Notes: a model not told the origin generated them from the letters alone. Shown: positions 52,127 through 63,046, numbered from the stretch's first letter. The stretch is DNA of 64,000 nt from Clostridia bacterium (GCA_050950825.1 JBMNIH010000003.1:1-64000), one strand, 5' to 3'. Translations and numbers: made by a program.

Positions 52127-53200
52127 TTACGTATACAGCTCGGAAAGAGGGACTCTTTTTACTCGTAAGCCTAACCCTCCTCCTTCGTACCCTCCGATGA
52201 CACTATAGCCTAACAGCACCGCATCGTCCGTAAAGTGAATGGCCGTATAGCAGTAGCCGCAATGCTCGTCGTCATCGATCGTAAATAGCTTTTGCGGCCT
52301 TAGGTCGTTGTCCTTAAAGACGGTGCAGACCAAGGGTGTTCTGCCCCATCCTTTTGAAGTGACCCTTCCGTTGTATGCAGGGATGGGATTGTAAACGGCC
52401 AGCAAATCACGATCTTTGATGCGTTTTACCGACATAGGCGATAAGGGACTTGTAAACAAGGAGGGAACCGGAACAGTCCAAGTTCTGCCGTTATCATAGG
52501 AAAAGCATTGGTACTGGCATCCGCAGTCGGTTCGCGTCCACTGCCACAGACAGTTTTCATAAAGCTCGATCACTCCCGGTTCTTGAAGACCGCTTTTCGA
52601 ACCCGGTACGGATATGTAAGCGTAGTTATCCGATTCCTTCCACGTATAGCCGTCGTCGTCGGAATAGAAGATTACCGGGATTCCACGACCGTCAAATGAG
52701 TTCCACTTGCGGGTGTCGTTGCCCCTCATACGATGGTAAGCCGTAGGCAGGATGATTCTGCCGTTTTTCAACACCGTCACCCGGTCGTTGTTCAAAACAT
52801 AATAGCCGGGTCCGTAAACGCAACATACGGGGCTTTCCCACGTTTTACAGAGGTCCTTCGAACGGAATAAATGGGCGCGGGTATCATGCCACCCGTAGCG
52901 AAGAACAAAGAACAGTCCTACGTCTCCTCCCGGCAAATGGACCAAAGAAACGCTCATGATATTCACGGCGTTAAAATCGTCGGGAGAAAACACAATTTTA
53001 TCGTCGCTCCATGTCCATCCCCCGTCATGAGATTCTCTTAACGCGATGTAAGCTTTTGCATCGTCGTTGTCGGTTTCGCCCAAAAACCTGGAATACATAA
53101 AGATGATTCTGCCGTCCTCTAAAGTCAGAAAAGCTCCTTCGCTGTTCCTGGGGTTTTCTTTGGACGGCGCAATTTCCATGACGATTTTCCCTATTGCCAT
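52127..53200 (-). CDS. Sialidase-like BNR/Asp-box protein
   Basis: Asp boxes SHDGGWTW, SDDDGYTW, SYDNGRTW; RNSEG. Confidence 0.85.
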   Translation of the reverse strand: MAIGKIVMEIAPSKENPRNSEGAFLTLEDGRIIFMYSRFLGETDNDDAKAYIALRESHDGGWTWSDDKIVFSPDDFNAVNIMSVSLVHLPGGDVGLFFVLRYGWHDTRAHLFRSKDLCKTWESPVCCVYGPGYYVLNNDRVTVLKNGRIILPTAYHRMRGNDTRKWNSFDGRGIPVIFYSDDDGYTWKESDNYAYISVPGSKSGLQEPGVIELYENCLWQWTRTDCGCQYQCFSYDNGRTWTVPVPSLFTSPLSPMSVKRIKDRDLLAVYNPIPAYNGRVTSKGWGRTPLVCTVFKDNDLRPQKLFTIDDDEHCGYCYTAIHFTDDAVLLGYSVIGGYEGGGLGLRVKRVPLSELYT

Positions 53201-53295
53201 AATACAGCCCTCCCGTCTTGAAAAATTTAAATCCGTACGGTAACCAAACCTTTATTGGAAGATTCCTCTTAAAAACAATGTACTATACTATCGCC

Positions 53296-53344
53296 TTGGG
53301 AGCAACCTATCGCAGTAATTCTTTTTGCGATAGGTTGCTCCTAA
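53296..53344. terminator. Long stem-loop after solute-binding gene
   Basis: GGAGCAACCTATCGCA / TGCGATAGGTTGCTCC. Confidence 0.75.
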
Positions 53345-53386
53345 GATGCTCAAACAAAAGCTTGCATTCGAAATCTTGTAAAGGAT

Positions 53387-55186
53387 CTACCTTAAGTTTT
53401 TGTAATATTGATATGTTTTGACGTTATCGTCATTCCAAAATTCCACCCATTGGTCCAGGCCGTTTGCATAAAGCTGCTCGATATACAAAACCCATTCCGC
53501 ATTAAGGTCGGCAATCTGCCCCTCGTTTACTTTCTTCAAAAAGTCATTTCGTACATTTGTGATTTGATCGTTTGTTTCGTTTTGAATTTCTTTGAAACGG
53601 TCGAACTGCTCTTTCGTCATCGTCGCTTCGCTATAGAACTTGTCGGGTCGAATCCACAAATGATCGTTGAAATATCCGCCGTGATTTTCCCAATAGTCCA
53701 CCCATTGCATAAGGAACGCATCGTATTCGAAATATACGGTAATATCTTTGATGAAGTTTAAATTACCGAACTGTCCGAATATATTCGTACCGGTTCCCGC
53801 GTATTTGGCCGGGATTTTCTCCGGATCCGTCTTTATAATCGGGCTTTTGAAGGGTTCGCCGTACCATTTGTAATGAATATTCTCAATACCGAATTTATAC
53901 CGCATCCAATTTTCACCGAAGTAGGCATGCTCAAGGAGCCGGAATAAACGTATCAGTTTTTCGTCGGTTATATTACCGACGGTATAGTGCTGATCTCCGA
54001 TCCAACTGAAAAGAGAATACGGTACATACTTTCCGTATTCACCCGGGGCATGGGTGATAACAAAGGTGGCATCCGAATCCACGTTAAGCAAAATGGAAGC
54101 CGGCGGGAAATTGTCTCCGTCTCCGCCGTAGCCCAAGCCTAAAATACGAGGGGATCCTCGAGCCCTCATAAAACCGGTTTTACCGGTTCCCCAAATTTCT
54201 TGCTCGGGAACGCCGGGATTGCTTCTCATGTAGCCTTTTTGCGTAATATCCATGGAGAATTGCAAAGAATCTCTGTAAAGGGTATATGCAAAGAAGGGAA
54301 CATAATCGCCCGTTTCGGGGTCTTTGTAGAAATGGCTAGTGTTTGCGGAAAAACCGAACATCCACGTAACGTCAATGGCGTTGGTAGCGTAGGTATCATC
54401 CACGCCGTTGCCGTCCGGATCGTCTTCCGTAAAGGCTCGGAATATTTCCATTACATCGGCAATCGGGAATTTTGTCGTGGAAAAATACAGCTTGTTATTA
54501 AACAATTCCGGCCTTATGACGCTTTCCATGGGAACCAAGTCCTCGAGCTCGTATCCGATGTTTTCCAACCAATCCAACCGCCATAAGGCTACGTTAAAGG
54601 TATGATAAGCCAAAGGAGTATACAAGGCCAGTCCGTAATACTCGTCCTCTTTATCTTCCACCTTAAGAAAGCTTAAGCCTAAAGGGTCGTCCACCATTAA
54701 TTGATAGTAGCTCGGATAATACTGTTGTAACAACCGGAGGGGTATGGTTCTACCCATTCCGTTTTCCAGCAGATAACGGCCCGAAATCCGGTAATTCCCG
54801 TAGTCGGGAACATCTCCTGCCGCCAACATCATGCGAACTTGTTCCGCGTTAATAGGGTCGATGTTCCACATTTTCAAATCCACATTAAACAGCTCTTCCA
54901 ACTCCAGTTCGTCCCAGCGCCCTTCTTCGTACAAGTGCGACGTATAGTCCCCAACCAACCAAGTAATGGTCATTCTTTCGGCAAAGGGGTTTTCCACCTC
55001 GGTTGTCGCCGTCGTCACGGTTTCCTGTTTGGCGGTTGTCGTCACCTCTGCCTTTGTTGTCAGAGATGTTTGTGCTTGGGTCGTTGTCGTTGCATCCTGA
55101 TGTCCTTGGTCTTCCGATTGCGTACATGCCGTTATAAGGAACAACAGCACAACAATCATCCATAGAGCGAATAACCTTTTCACCAT
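53387..55186 (-). CDS. Extracellular solute-binding lipoprotein, paralogue 2
   Basis: Lipobox ITAC; Thr-rich linker; same motifs as 40346-42103. Confidence 0.85.
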   Translation of the reverse strand: MVKRLFALWMIVVLLFLITACTQSEDQGHQDATTTTQAQTSLTTKAEVTTTAKQETVTTATTEVENPFAERMTITWLVGDYTSHLYEEGRWDELELEELFNVDLKMWNIDPINAEQVRMMLAAGDVPDYGNYRISGRYLLENGMGRTIPLRLLQQYYPSYYQLMVDDPLGLSFLKVEDKEDEYYGLALYTPLAYHTFNVALWRLDWLENIGYELEDLVPMESVIRPELFNNKLYFSTTKFPIADVMEIFRAFTEDDPDGNGVDDTYATNAIDVTWMFGFSANTSHFYKDPETGDYVPFFAYTLYRDSLQFSMDITQKGYMRSNPGVPEQEIWGTGKTGFMRARGSPRILGLGYGGDGDNFPPASILLNVDSDATFVITHAPGEYGKYVPYSLFSWIGDQHYTVGNITDEKLIRLFRLLEHAYFGENWMRYKFGIENIHYKWYGEPFKSPIIKTDPEKIPAKYAGTGTNIFGQFGNLNFIKDITVYFEYDAFLMQWVDYWENHGGYFNDHLWIRPDKFYSEATMTKEQFDRFKEIQNETNDQITNVRNDFLKKVNEGQIADLNAEWVLYIEQLYANGLDQWVEFWNDDNVKTYQYYKNLR

Positions 55187-55790
55187 CACATAGCCCTCCT
55201 CGTCAATTTTAAATAAGTTTGAAAGCATAAGTTTTAGACCCTATTGCATTTCAAACAATTAATCCGGTTTAGCTGATGTTACGGCTTTTGTATTCTTCGG
55301 AATCTTTCGTTGGATCTATATACACTCTAAAGGTTCATGTCTTTTGCTTTATTCATTTTAAAAACAACAAGATAAGGAAAACGGTTAAACGGTTTTTACC
55401 CCGTATACTGCCATATCAAAATCGATTCCGTAATCGGACCGGCATATGCCGTAAAGCTAACATAGACAAAATAGGTCTATCATGAAAAAGACGGCTGCAC
55501 CGCAAATACCAAAACATGAAATGATAAAACCAAAGAGTTTTATTCAATTCGTCACTCGATCTTACTTAACCCATAATTTACATAATATATTATATAATAC
55601 AGAAGTTATTTATTCAACGGATTAGGTAATAAATCCAATTTAAGTAAATTAGTAAATTGTAGATTTAAGAATGACAAAAAGCGTGCAAATATTAACATAT
55701 TTCTTATACCCAACCGCTATAAGACATAAAAATAGTGCTATACTGTTCCTGTAGGTTAACACCAAATTTAAAACGAAGGGATGATACTGA

Positions 55791-58415
55791 ATGAAAAGAC
55801 TGTTTGTCATGATTGTTACTTTCGCTTTTCTTCTGTCCATCTTAGTACCGACAAGCGTTTCCGCGAAAGAACCTTTCACGTCCATTAACGTGCCGAAAGC
55901 CAATACGGCACCGGTTATCGACGGGAAGGTTTCCGACGGAGAATACAAATTGGTAGCCTCCTATGATAAGGACGATCCTGCTTGGAATCGCGATACCTTC
56001 GGTATCGACGGCAAGGATGTCCGTATGGATGTATATGCTACCTGGGACGAAGAATACTTCTATTTCGCCGTTATCGTGACAAACCTGGATCCAAACTATA
56101 CTCCGGGTCCCAACAAATACGTTTTTGAACAGCCGAGCCTTATGACCGGCATGCTTTATGACGACCCTACCCTTGCCAAGTTTGCCGAGCCTTCCGGTAA
56201 AGAAAACTGGGATTGGGGCGATGCCGCCGCCCAATCCTTTGCAAGAGAATGGACCGTAGGAACAACCAAAGAAGGTACGGATTTCATGAACGCATCCGGC
56301 TACAGCGGCGTCAACCACTTCGGAGCCGTAAGAAGCCATGCGGACTTCAAGGCTTCGGTAACCCACGGCGATGTAGATATCTATGAACAAGCCGTTCCTT
56401 GGGCGGCCATCGGAAAAACCGAAGGCATTGAAGTCGGCGGGAAAGCCGGTCTTGCCTTGTCCGCCTGCGTCTTATCGTCTACCTTGGATTTTGACGGCGG
56501 TTACATATGCTTTGCATCCGGTCTCAACGGAGGCAAAAGCTTTGAACGCTACGCACTCGTCAATTTGACCGCCAATGAGCCTTTCGACAACGTCAATCAA
56601 GAAACTTCCACATCATCGGCAAAAGAACCTTTCGCATCCATCAACGTACCGAAAGCCAAAACAGCGCCTGTAATCGACGGGATAATTTCCGACGAGGAAT
56701 ACAAGCGCGTGGCATCCTATGACAAGAACGACCCTGTTTGGAATCGAGACACTTATGGAGTCGAAGATTTGGATGTCAACATGGATATTTACGCAACATG
56801 GGACGAAGAATATTTTTATCTTGCCGTCGCCGTAACCAACCTGGATCCCGATTACACGCCGGGTCCCAACAAATATGTTTTCGAACAGCCGAGCCTTATG
56901 ACCGCCATGATCTACGACGATCCTACCCTGCCGCAGTTCGCCGAACCCTCCGGCAATGAAAGCTGGGATTGGGGTGCCGCCTATTCCCAACCCTTTGCAA
57001 AAGAGTGGACCGTAGGAACAACCAAAGACGGTACGGACTTTATGAATGCAGCCGGGTACAGCGGCGTAAACCATTTCGGTGCCGTACGAAGCCATGCGAA
57101 CTTTAAAGTATCCGTCTCCCACGGTAACGTCGATATCTATGAGCAAGCCATTCCTTGGGAAGCCATCGGAAAAACCGAAGGTATTGAAATCGGAGGAAAA
57201 GCCGGGCTAGCCTTAACCGCCCATGTACTATCCGCTACCGCCGATTCCGACGGCGCTTTCATCTGCTTTGCATCCGGCATCGAAGGAGGCAAAAGCTTTG
57301 AACGTTATGCTCTCGTCAATTTAACCGCCAACGAGCCTTTTGACAAAGCGGATCTTCAAGTTTTCAACCCGTCCGTAAAAGAACCTTTTACGTCCATCAA
57401 CGTACCGAAAGCCAAAACGGCCCCCGTTATTGACGGTAAAATTTCGGACGAAGAATACAAACGGGTAGCCGTCTATGATAAGGACGATCCCGCTTGGAAT
57501 CGAGACACCTTCGGAATCGATGAGGATGAGGTCAAGATGGAGGTTTTTGCAACTTGGGACGAAGAATATTTCTATCTTGCCGTCATTGTATCAAACTTGG
57601 AGCCCAATTATACGCCGGGTCCGAACACGTATGTTTTCGAACAACCGAGCCTTATGACCGGCATGCTTTTCGACGATCCTACCCTGCCTCAATTTGCCGA
57701 ACCCTCCGGCAATGATAGCTGGGATTGGAATGCCGCCTATTCCCAACCCTTTGCCCGAGAATGGACGGTAGGTACCACGAAGGACGGTATCGACTTTATG
57801 AAGGCCGCAGGCTACAGCAGCGTAAACCATTTCGGTGCCGTAAGAAGCGATCCTAACTTCAAAGTAGCGGTAACCCACGGCGATGCCGATATTTATGAAC
57901 AGGCTATCCCTTGGTCGGCTATCGGCAAAACCGAAGGAATCGAAATCGGCGGTAAAGCCGCTCTTGCCCTGTCCGCATGCGTGAAATCGGCTACCTTTAA
58001 AACCGACGGCGGCTATGTCTGCTTTGCATCCGGTATCAACGGCGGTAAAAGCTTTGAACGTTATGCCCGGGTGAACTTAACCGCCAACGAGCCTTTTGAC
58101 AAGGTTAATCTTGATGAATACAAGAAAGAAGAACCGGTGCCTGCGGAAACCACCCAAACCGTAACAACGAAGGAAGAAACCACAAAGGCGGAAACAACAA
58201 CCAAGGAGGAAACCACGACGAAGGCCGAGACCACAACGAAGGCGGAAACGACAACCAAAGCCGAAACCACCGACGGAAGCGCCGATAAAATCGATGACGG
58301 TGCACAAGGAACAGGCAATCGAGTTGTATTCTTCATTATCGCTCCTTTGTTGGTGATTATCGTGTTCGTTGCCGTGTACTTGATAAATAAAAAGCAGGCT
58401 AAAAATCCGAAATAA
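55791..58415 (+). CDS. Secreted, C-terminally anchored protein with three tandem CBM9/DOMON-like domains
   Basis: Signal peptide; 3x (APVIDG...ATWDEEYFY.AV...YEQA.PW); TTKAE repeats; C-terminal TM with basic tail. Confidence 0.75.
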   Translation: MKRLFVMIVTFAFLLSILVPTSVSAKEPFTSINVPKANTAPVIDGKVSDGEYKLVASYDKDDPAWNRDTFGIDGKDVRMDVYATWDEEYFYFAVIVTNLDPNYTPGPNKYVFEQPSLMTGMLYDDPTLAKFAEPSGKENWDWGDAAAQSFAREWTVGTTKEGTDFMNASGYSGVNHFGAVRSHADFKASVTHGDVDIYEQAVPWAAIGKTEGIEVGGKAGLALSACVLSSTLDFDGGYICFASGLNGGKSFERYALVNLTANEPFDNVNQETSTSSAKEPFASINVPKAKTAPVIDGIISDEEYKRVASYDKNDPVWNRDTYGVEDLDVNMDIYATWDEEYFYLAVAVTNLDPDYTPGPNKYVFEQPSLMTAMIYDDPTLPQFAEPSGNESWDWGAAYSQPFAKEWTVGTTKDGTDFMNAAGYSGVNHFGAVRSHANFKVSVSHGNVDIYEQAIPWEAIGKTEGIEIGGKAGLALTAHVLSATADSDGAFICFASGIEGGKSFERYALVNLTANEPFDKADLQVFNPSVKEPFTSINVPKAKTAPVIDGKISDEEYKRVAVYDKDDPAWNRDTFGIDEDEVKMEVFATWDEEYFYLAVIVSNLEPNYTPGPNTYVFEQPSLMTGMLFDDPTLPQFAEPSGNDSWDWNAAYSQPFAREWTVGTTKDGIDFMKAAGYSSVNHFGAVRSDPNFKVAVTHGDADIYEQAIPWSAIGKTEGIEIGGKAALALSACVKSATFKTDGGYVCFASGINGGKSFERYARVNLTANEPFDKVNLDEYKKEEPVPAETTQTVTTKEETTKAETTTKEETTTKAETTTKAETTTKAETTDGSADKIDDGAQGTGNRVVFFIIAPLLVIIVFVAVYLINKKQAKNPK
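58145..58275 (+). repeat. Coding repeat of Thr-rich (E)TTTKA/EE units
   Basis: ETTKAETTTKEETTTKAETTTKAETTTKAETT. Confidence 0.85.
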
Positions 58416-58470
58416 AGATTCGAAAGAAAGCTTGTAAAAAACTTTAAATGAATTTAAATGAATAAGAAAT

Positions 58471-58510
58471 AAGGACTGTAAAATCCGGTTCGCCGGATTT
58501 TACAGTCCTT
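58471..58510. terminator. Bidirectional terminator between convergent genes
   Basis: AAGGACTGTAAAATCCGG / CCGGATTTTACAGTCCTT. Confidence 0.85.
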
Positions 58511-58556
58511 TTCATATAACTATTCTCTTCATATAACTATTCTCGTTTTTCTTATG

Positions 58557-60836
58557 CTACTTTACAATATACGTTCTTCCCGCTTCTACCGGGAAAATTA
58601 ACAGCTCTTTCTCGATTCGGTACGGGATAAGGTTCTCGTCTTCGTCAAACACCTTATAAGATTTCCCTTTTAACAAGATTTTGCACTCCCCGTCCTTTTG
58701 CGCTTGTATAACCGCCTGTTTCAATACGCCTTTTTCCCATTCCATATTGACAAGAAATCCTCCCTGTCCCCTTAAGCCCTTAATCCTTCCATCGGGCCAG
58801 CATTCGGGAAGAGCGGGCAGAAAGTCCATTTCCCCGTGGTAGCTTTGAAAAAGCATCTCCAATATGGCGGCGGTTCCGCCTAGGTTGCCGTCAATTTGAA
58901 AGATTCTCGGAGGATGAAGGTCCAAAAGGCTGTCCGTTGCAAAGTCCTTGATCAATGCCTTCATGTGCTCCCAGGCTTCCTCCTTTTGTCCTAACCGAGC
59001 AAAGAAGCATGCCGTCCATGCACGGCTCCATCCGGTATGGCCTCCCCCCGCTTGAAGCCGTAATTCCAAGGATTTTTTTGCGGCTTCATAAAGCTTCGGA
59101 GTCTTATGTTTTGTTATGAGATCCCCGGGATACAAGCCGTAAAGATGGGACATATGACGGTGTCCGGGCTCCGCCTCGGGAAATTCCTGGTTCCATTCCA
59201 AAAGCTGCCCCTTGCTCCCGATTTGAAGCTTGGGAAGACGGTTCAGCATCTCTTGCCATCTCGCTCTTTTCTCCATGTCAACGTTCAGTATTTCCGCCGC
59301 TTCTATGCAATGTGTAAAGACTTCGGTTATGATCTGAATATCCATTGCGGAAGATACGCATAAGGTAACCGGCAAAGGACCTCCGCCGACAAATCGGTTT
59401 TCCGGCGATTGGGAAGGTACGACTTGAAGGATACCGTTTTCGTCTTCGATCAAATAGGATTCGTAAAAGGCGGCCGTTTCTTTTAGGAAAGGATACGCTC
59501 TGTTCTTTAAGAAATCAAGATCTTGGCCGTATTCATAATGCCGCCACATATGCTGCGCCAGCCAACCGGCGGCTCCGATCCAAACCGACCAGCCGTAAGA
59601 TTCCGGAGTGGACCTTCCCCAAGGATCCGTCTGCAGCGGAAAGTAGATGCCTTCGCATCCGTAAAGATCGTATGCCGCTTTTTTTGCATGAGGCACAAAA
59701 CGCTCCATGTAAGAAAAGAGTGCGTTCGCAGTCTCCGAAAGATTCCCCGCCTCCGCAGGCCAATAGCACATTTGAAGGTTTACGTCATTATGATAGTCGC
59801 ACTGCCAAGGCGGGTTTAAATCCTCGTTCCATTTTCCCTGCAGGTTAGGAGGAAGCTCCCCTAATACCGTCGACGAAAGAAGAAGGTATCTTCCGTAATT
59901 GAAATACAGCAAGGGCAATCCGGGATCCTCCGCACCTTGCCTGAAATCTTTTAATCGTTCATCCGTAGGAAGATTCTTTTCTTCAACGGAAAGGTCCAAA
60001 GAAAGCTTTCCGTAAATCCTTCGGTATTCTTGCACATGCCGATTCTTCAGCTCTCCCCAACCCAAGTTAGGTATCGGCCTTTTTTTACACTCGATTTCCG
60101 GTTTTTCTCCTTTTACCGATGTGCCGATATTGATAAATACGACAATCTCCTCTGCGTTTTCCACAACAAGAGTAATGTCTTCCTCAGCTTTAATATCACC
60201 GCCGTTTACGAAAAGGGTTGCTTCAACGCAAAACTCAATTCCTTCGACAAATCTTCCCTTCATAAAAATTGTGTTTTTGCAAAGCGTTTTTTCTAACGTG
60301 CAGTCCTTGTCCTCAACGCGGTCAAGCCAAAATCTGCCGCTTACCAATCCGCCCTCCCCTTTGATTCGGGTTACGATAAAATCTTCCGTAAAATGAGCAA
60401 GCGTCTCCCTTATTATCCTCATTCCGTCCGTTTCATAGGAAACGGTAACAACGGCGGTATCCAAATCCAACTCCCTTTTGTAGTTTTCCACCGCGCCGTG
60501 GCGGAGACAAAAATGAAAATCTCCGGCAGGCTGGTACGGGTCTACCCTGTTTTTCTCGCCGCTTACGCCGCCTTTCCCGCCAAAGGCGCGGTTGGCCAAG
60601 AGGGTTCCTTCCTCGTACTTTCCGTTTAATAAAAGCTCTCGCACCTTCGGAAGACGGTGAAACTGTGTTTCATTGTCCTTGTATCGATGGTTTCCCCGCC
60701 AAAGCCATTCATGGTTAAGAGCGATTCTTTCGGTATACGGATCGCCTATGACCATGCCCGCCAACCGTCCGTTACCGACGGGAAGACCTTCTTTCCATTC
60801 CTTTGCAGGACTTTTGTACCATAGCTTTCGGTTCAA
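58557..60836 (-). CDS. GH95 alpha-L-fucosidase-family glycoside hydrolase
   Basis: LPVGNGRL, YGRYLL, NLQGKWN, N.QM.YWP, HRHMSHL, GWSRAW, FQIDGN. Confidence 0.92.
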   Translation of the reverse strand: MNRKLWYKSPAKEWKEGLPVGNGRLAGMVIGDPYTERIALNHEWLWRGNHRYKDNETQFHRLPKVRELLLNGKYEEGTLLANRAFGGKGGVSGEKNRVDPYQPAGDFHFCLRHGAVENYKRELDLDTAVVTVSYETDGMRIIRETLAHFTEDFIVTRIKGEGGLVSGRFWLDRVEDKDCTLEKTLCKNTIFMKGRFVEGIEFCVEATLFVNGGDIKAEEDITLVVENAEEIVVFINIGTSVKGEKPEIECKKRPIPNLGWGELKNRHVQEYRRIYGKLSLDLSVEEKNLPTDERLKDFRQGAEDPGLPLLYFNYGRYLLLSSTVLGELPPNLQGKWNEDLNPPWQCDYHNDVNLQMCYWPAEAGNLSETANALFSYMERFVPHAKKAAYDLYGCEGIYFPLQTDPWGRSTPESYGWSVWIGAAGWLAQHMWRHYEYGQDLDFLKNRAYPFLKETAAFYESYLIEDENGILQVVPSQSPENRFVGGGPLPVTLCVSSAMDIQIITEVFTHCIEAAEILNVDMEKRARWQEMLNRLPKLQIGSKGQLLEWNQEFPEAEPGHRHMSHLYGLYPGDLITKHKTPKLYEAAKKSLELRLQAGGGHTGWSRAWTACFFARLGQKEEAWEHMKALIKDFATDSLLDLHPPRIFQIDGNLGGTAAILEMLFQSYHGEMDFLPALPECWPDGRIKGLRGQGGFLVNMEWEKGVLKQAVIQAQKDGECKILLKGKSYKVFDEDENLIPYRIEKELLIFPVEAGRTYIVK

Positions 60837-60901
60837 TGTATATCACCCGTACTTCAATATATTCTAGTTCCTTTATACCACATTTTTTGGATGAAAACCC
60901 T

Positions 60902-61645
60902 TTAAAACAAAGCGTAAAGCTTATTTATCGCTTTTAAGCTTACGATTTTCGAGTAGTGGTAGACTTTGCAAGCAAGCTTTCCTTCTTCATAGACGGGTGT
61001 AGGCGCTTCGATGACAAAATCGGCAAAATCCGATACGTTAAAAGCCACAAAAGCGAGGCTTATGGACTCCACCGGACGGCTATATACCTTTGATAAGTCG
61101 GGGAAAAGTACGGGTCCCGTATCTACTTGATAAAGGTTCTCGCTTTTTTTGATGTTCATGGTTTTCACGGGGTATTCCAACACGGCTCTTAACCCCGTTT
61201 CTTCGTTGAAGATTTCGGTTCTTGCTACAATAGGCTTTGCCTCGTTGGTAGCCGATATGATTTGCTCGTTGTTCCCAAGCTCTCCGTATTTATCGGAAAA
61301 GGACAAGTAATATTTTTGCGATTGCCACATATCGGAAAGCTCGTAGCAGATCTTGTAGCCGTCATTTAGATAGGCAAAGCGTCGAAAAATGCATCCGTTT
61401 TCCGAGCCGAAAACCGGTATAAAATCGTAGTTGTCGGCTTTGAAAAGATCCCTTTTTGCAAAGGTGTTCTCGCTTTTGCATGATCCGCATTGGTAAAAGT
61501 CCTGTTTTTCCCCGGTTCTTTCGTTGATAAACTGCATCCGTGATTCCACCCAAAACCGTACTTGGTTATCCTTATGGGTGCATTGGATAAAAGAGCGCCC
61601 GTAATCAATGGGCGCATCTTGTGTAAGTATAAAATGAATTGACAT
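60902..61645 (-). CDS. Hypothetical protein
   Basis: 247-aa ORF with GGAGG RBS; CGSCKSE motif. Confidence 0.7.
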   Translation of the reverse strand: MSIHFILTQDAPIDYGRSFIQCTHKDNQVRFWVESRMQFINERTGEKQDFYQCGSCKSENTFAKRDLFKADNYDFIPVFGSENGCIFRRFAYLNDGYKICYELSDMWQSQKYYLSFSDKYGELGNNEQIISATNEAKPIVARTEIFNEETGLRAVLEYPVKTMNIKKSENLYQVDTGPVLFPDLSKVYSRPVESISLAFVAFNVSDFADFVIEAPTPVYEEGKLACKVYHYSKIVSLKAINKLYALF

Positions 61646-61678
61646 GATTTCCTCCTATATATGAAGAAACAAGTTAGT

Positions 61679-62968
61679 TTACGAAAAGCTGATTATGTAT
61701 TTATAGGCGTCGGACCTCCACAAATCCCCTTTATAGCTTCCTAAGCGCGTCAGGCAGACTTCCAAATCCAAGGTTTCCCGATTTTCCAAAATGCTGAAGT
61801 TGGAAAGCTGCAATGATTCCGCATCCTTTTCAGGATCCCGATCGTCAATGATCGTAAAGGTGTCTTTCAATAAAAGGCCTTGGACTTGGTCCACTTCCAC
61901 GATAACCAAAGGATATCTCGGGGCATTTCCGTAAGCTTCGGGTCCCGTTATGTTTCCGATCCAATACAATTTGTTGTTTTTGGAGCTTCTGAAGAAATTC
62001 GATATGGTCGCAGGCGAATAGAAAACCTCTCCGTTGTTGTAATGCCAAGGAACGGGATCGGTAAAGGTTTTACCGCCGTCGTCGGAGTAGGTGTACCATT
62101 TATGAGCCGGTGTTCCTTTTTCGATTCTTGTGTTCCAATTCTTGCTTTGTACATTGGAGCCGCGAAATATGGCGACGATGCGGCCGGAATCCAATTGGTA
62201 AACGATGGGTTCATTAACGCTTCTTGAGGATTTAAGGTCGCTGATCACCACGGGTTTGGAGAAAGACAAGTCATATAGATTCTTTTCCTTGTTCCAAACG
62301 CCACGGCAGATTATAAGGCCTCTCATGATTTGCGGACAGGAAGGAAAGATATCCATCACGTCGATTCCTAAGATTCTGCAGCAGGACATAAGGCTTGCGT
62401 CAATGGCGAATAGAATGTCGCCGTTTGCCAAAACCTGCAGGTTGGTTCCCATATAAGCGTCGTTTTTCCATAAGTAATCCGGATCGTTCCAACGGTCTTC
62501 GTCGTAATCGGCTCCTTCTTCGTATTTGACCAATTGGCCTTTGCTCCAGTTCTTTCCGTCTTTCGATACGTACAAAAAGCAATGATCGTGGAAGGATTTT
62601 TTCGCTTCGCCCCAGAAAAGCTTGTAGGATTGGACATGGCCTCCGTCGAAAATCCTCTGCATCGTCAATGTTACAAAATGGTCATGGACCGGGTTGTAAT
62701 AGCCGTGGACAGGCTGACCCGTCATAATTTCATCGTCGCCCTTTTGTACGTATTCCGAACGATAGATGTCCTCCCATTCGCCCCACGTTTTTCCGTTATC
62801 CGGCGAGACTCTTCGGTATAACTCGTTGCTGAAATCCGATTCCGAAGTGACCGAACGGATATCCGCAAGCTCCAAGCCCTTGCCGATGTAGTAAAAATGC
62901 CTGCTTACGCAGCGATTCGGCCCCGGAGCCATTTCCACAATCTTTTTGGTGACAGTTATCTTGCTCAT
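61679..62968 (-). CDS. Sialidase-like BNR/Asp-box protein
   Basis: SPDNGKTW, SKDGKNW, SDDGGKTF. Confidence 0.75.
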   Translation of the reverse strand: MSKITVTKKIVEMAPGPNRCVSRHFYYIGKGLELADIRSVTSESDFSNELYRRVSPDNGKTWGEWEDIYRSEYVQKGDDEIMTGQPVHGYYNPVHDHFVTLTMQRIFDGGHVQSYKLFWGEAKKSFHDHCFLYVSKDGKNWSKGQLVKYEEGADYDEDRWNDPDYLWKNDAYMGTNLQVLANGDILFAIDASLMSCCRILGIDVMDIFPSCPQIMRGLIICRGVWNKEKNLYDLSFSKPVVISDLKSSRSVNEPIVYQLDSGRIVAIFRGSNVQSKNWNTRIEKGTPAHKWYTYSDDGGKTFTDPVPWHYNNGEVFYSPATISNFFRSSKNNKLYWIGNITGPEAYGNAPRYPLVIVEVDQVQGLLLKDTFTIIDDRDPEKDAESLQLSNFSILENRETLDLEVCLTRLGSYKGDLWRSDAYKYIISFS

Positions 62969-63007
62969 ATGCCCCTCCTGATATTAAATGAATGTTTCAT
63001 ATGAAAA

Positions 63008-63046
63008 GTTCGCTCGGCTAAAGCATAAGAATTAAGCCGAGCGAAC
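63008..63046. terminator. Stem-loop after solute-binding gene
   Basis: GTTCGCTCGGCT / AGCCGAGCGAAC. Confidence 0.7.

Noticed and set aside
55866-58110. Diversity-generating retroelement template/variable repeats
   Set aside because: All three repeats are in-frame coding, differences are not adenine-specific, and no reverse transcriptase is present
55842-58336. Repeated antisense ORFs within the CBM9-like gene
   Set aside because: Shadows of the coding repeats on the opposite strand
58511-58545. Direct repeat TTCATATAACTATTCTC x2
   Set aside because: Short local duplication next to a terminator with no evident function
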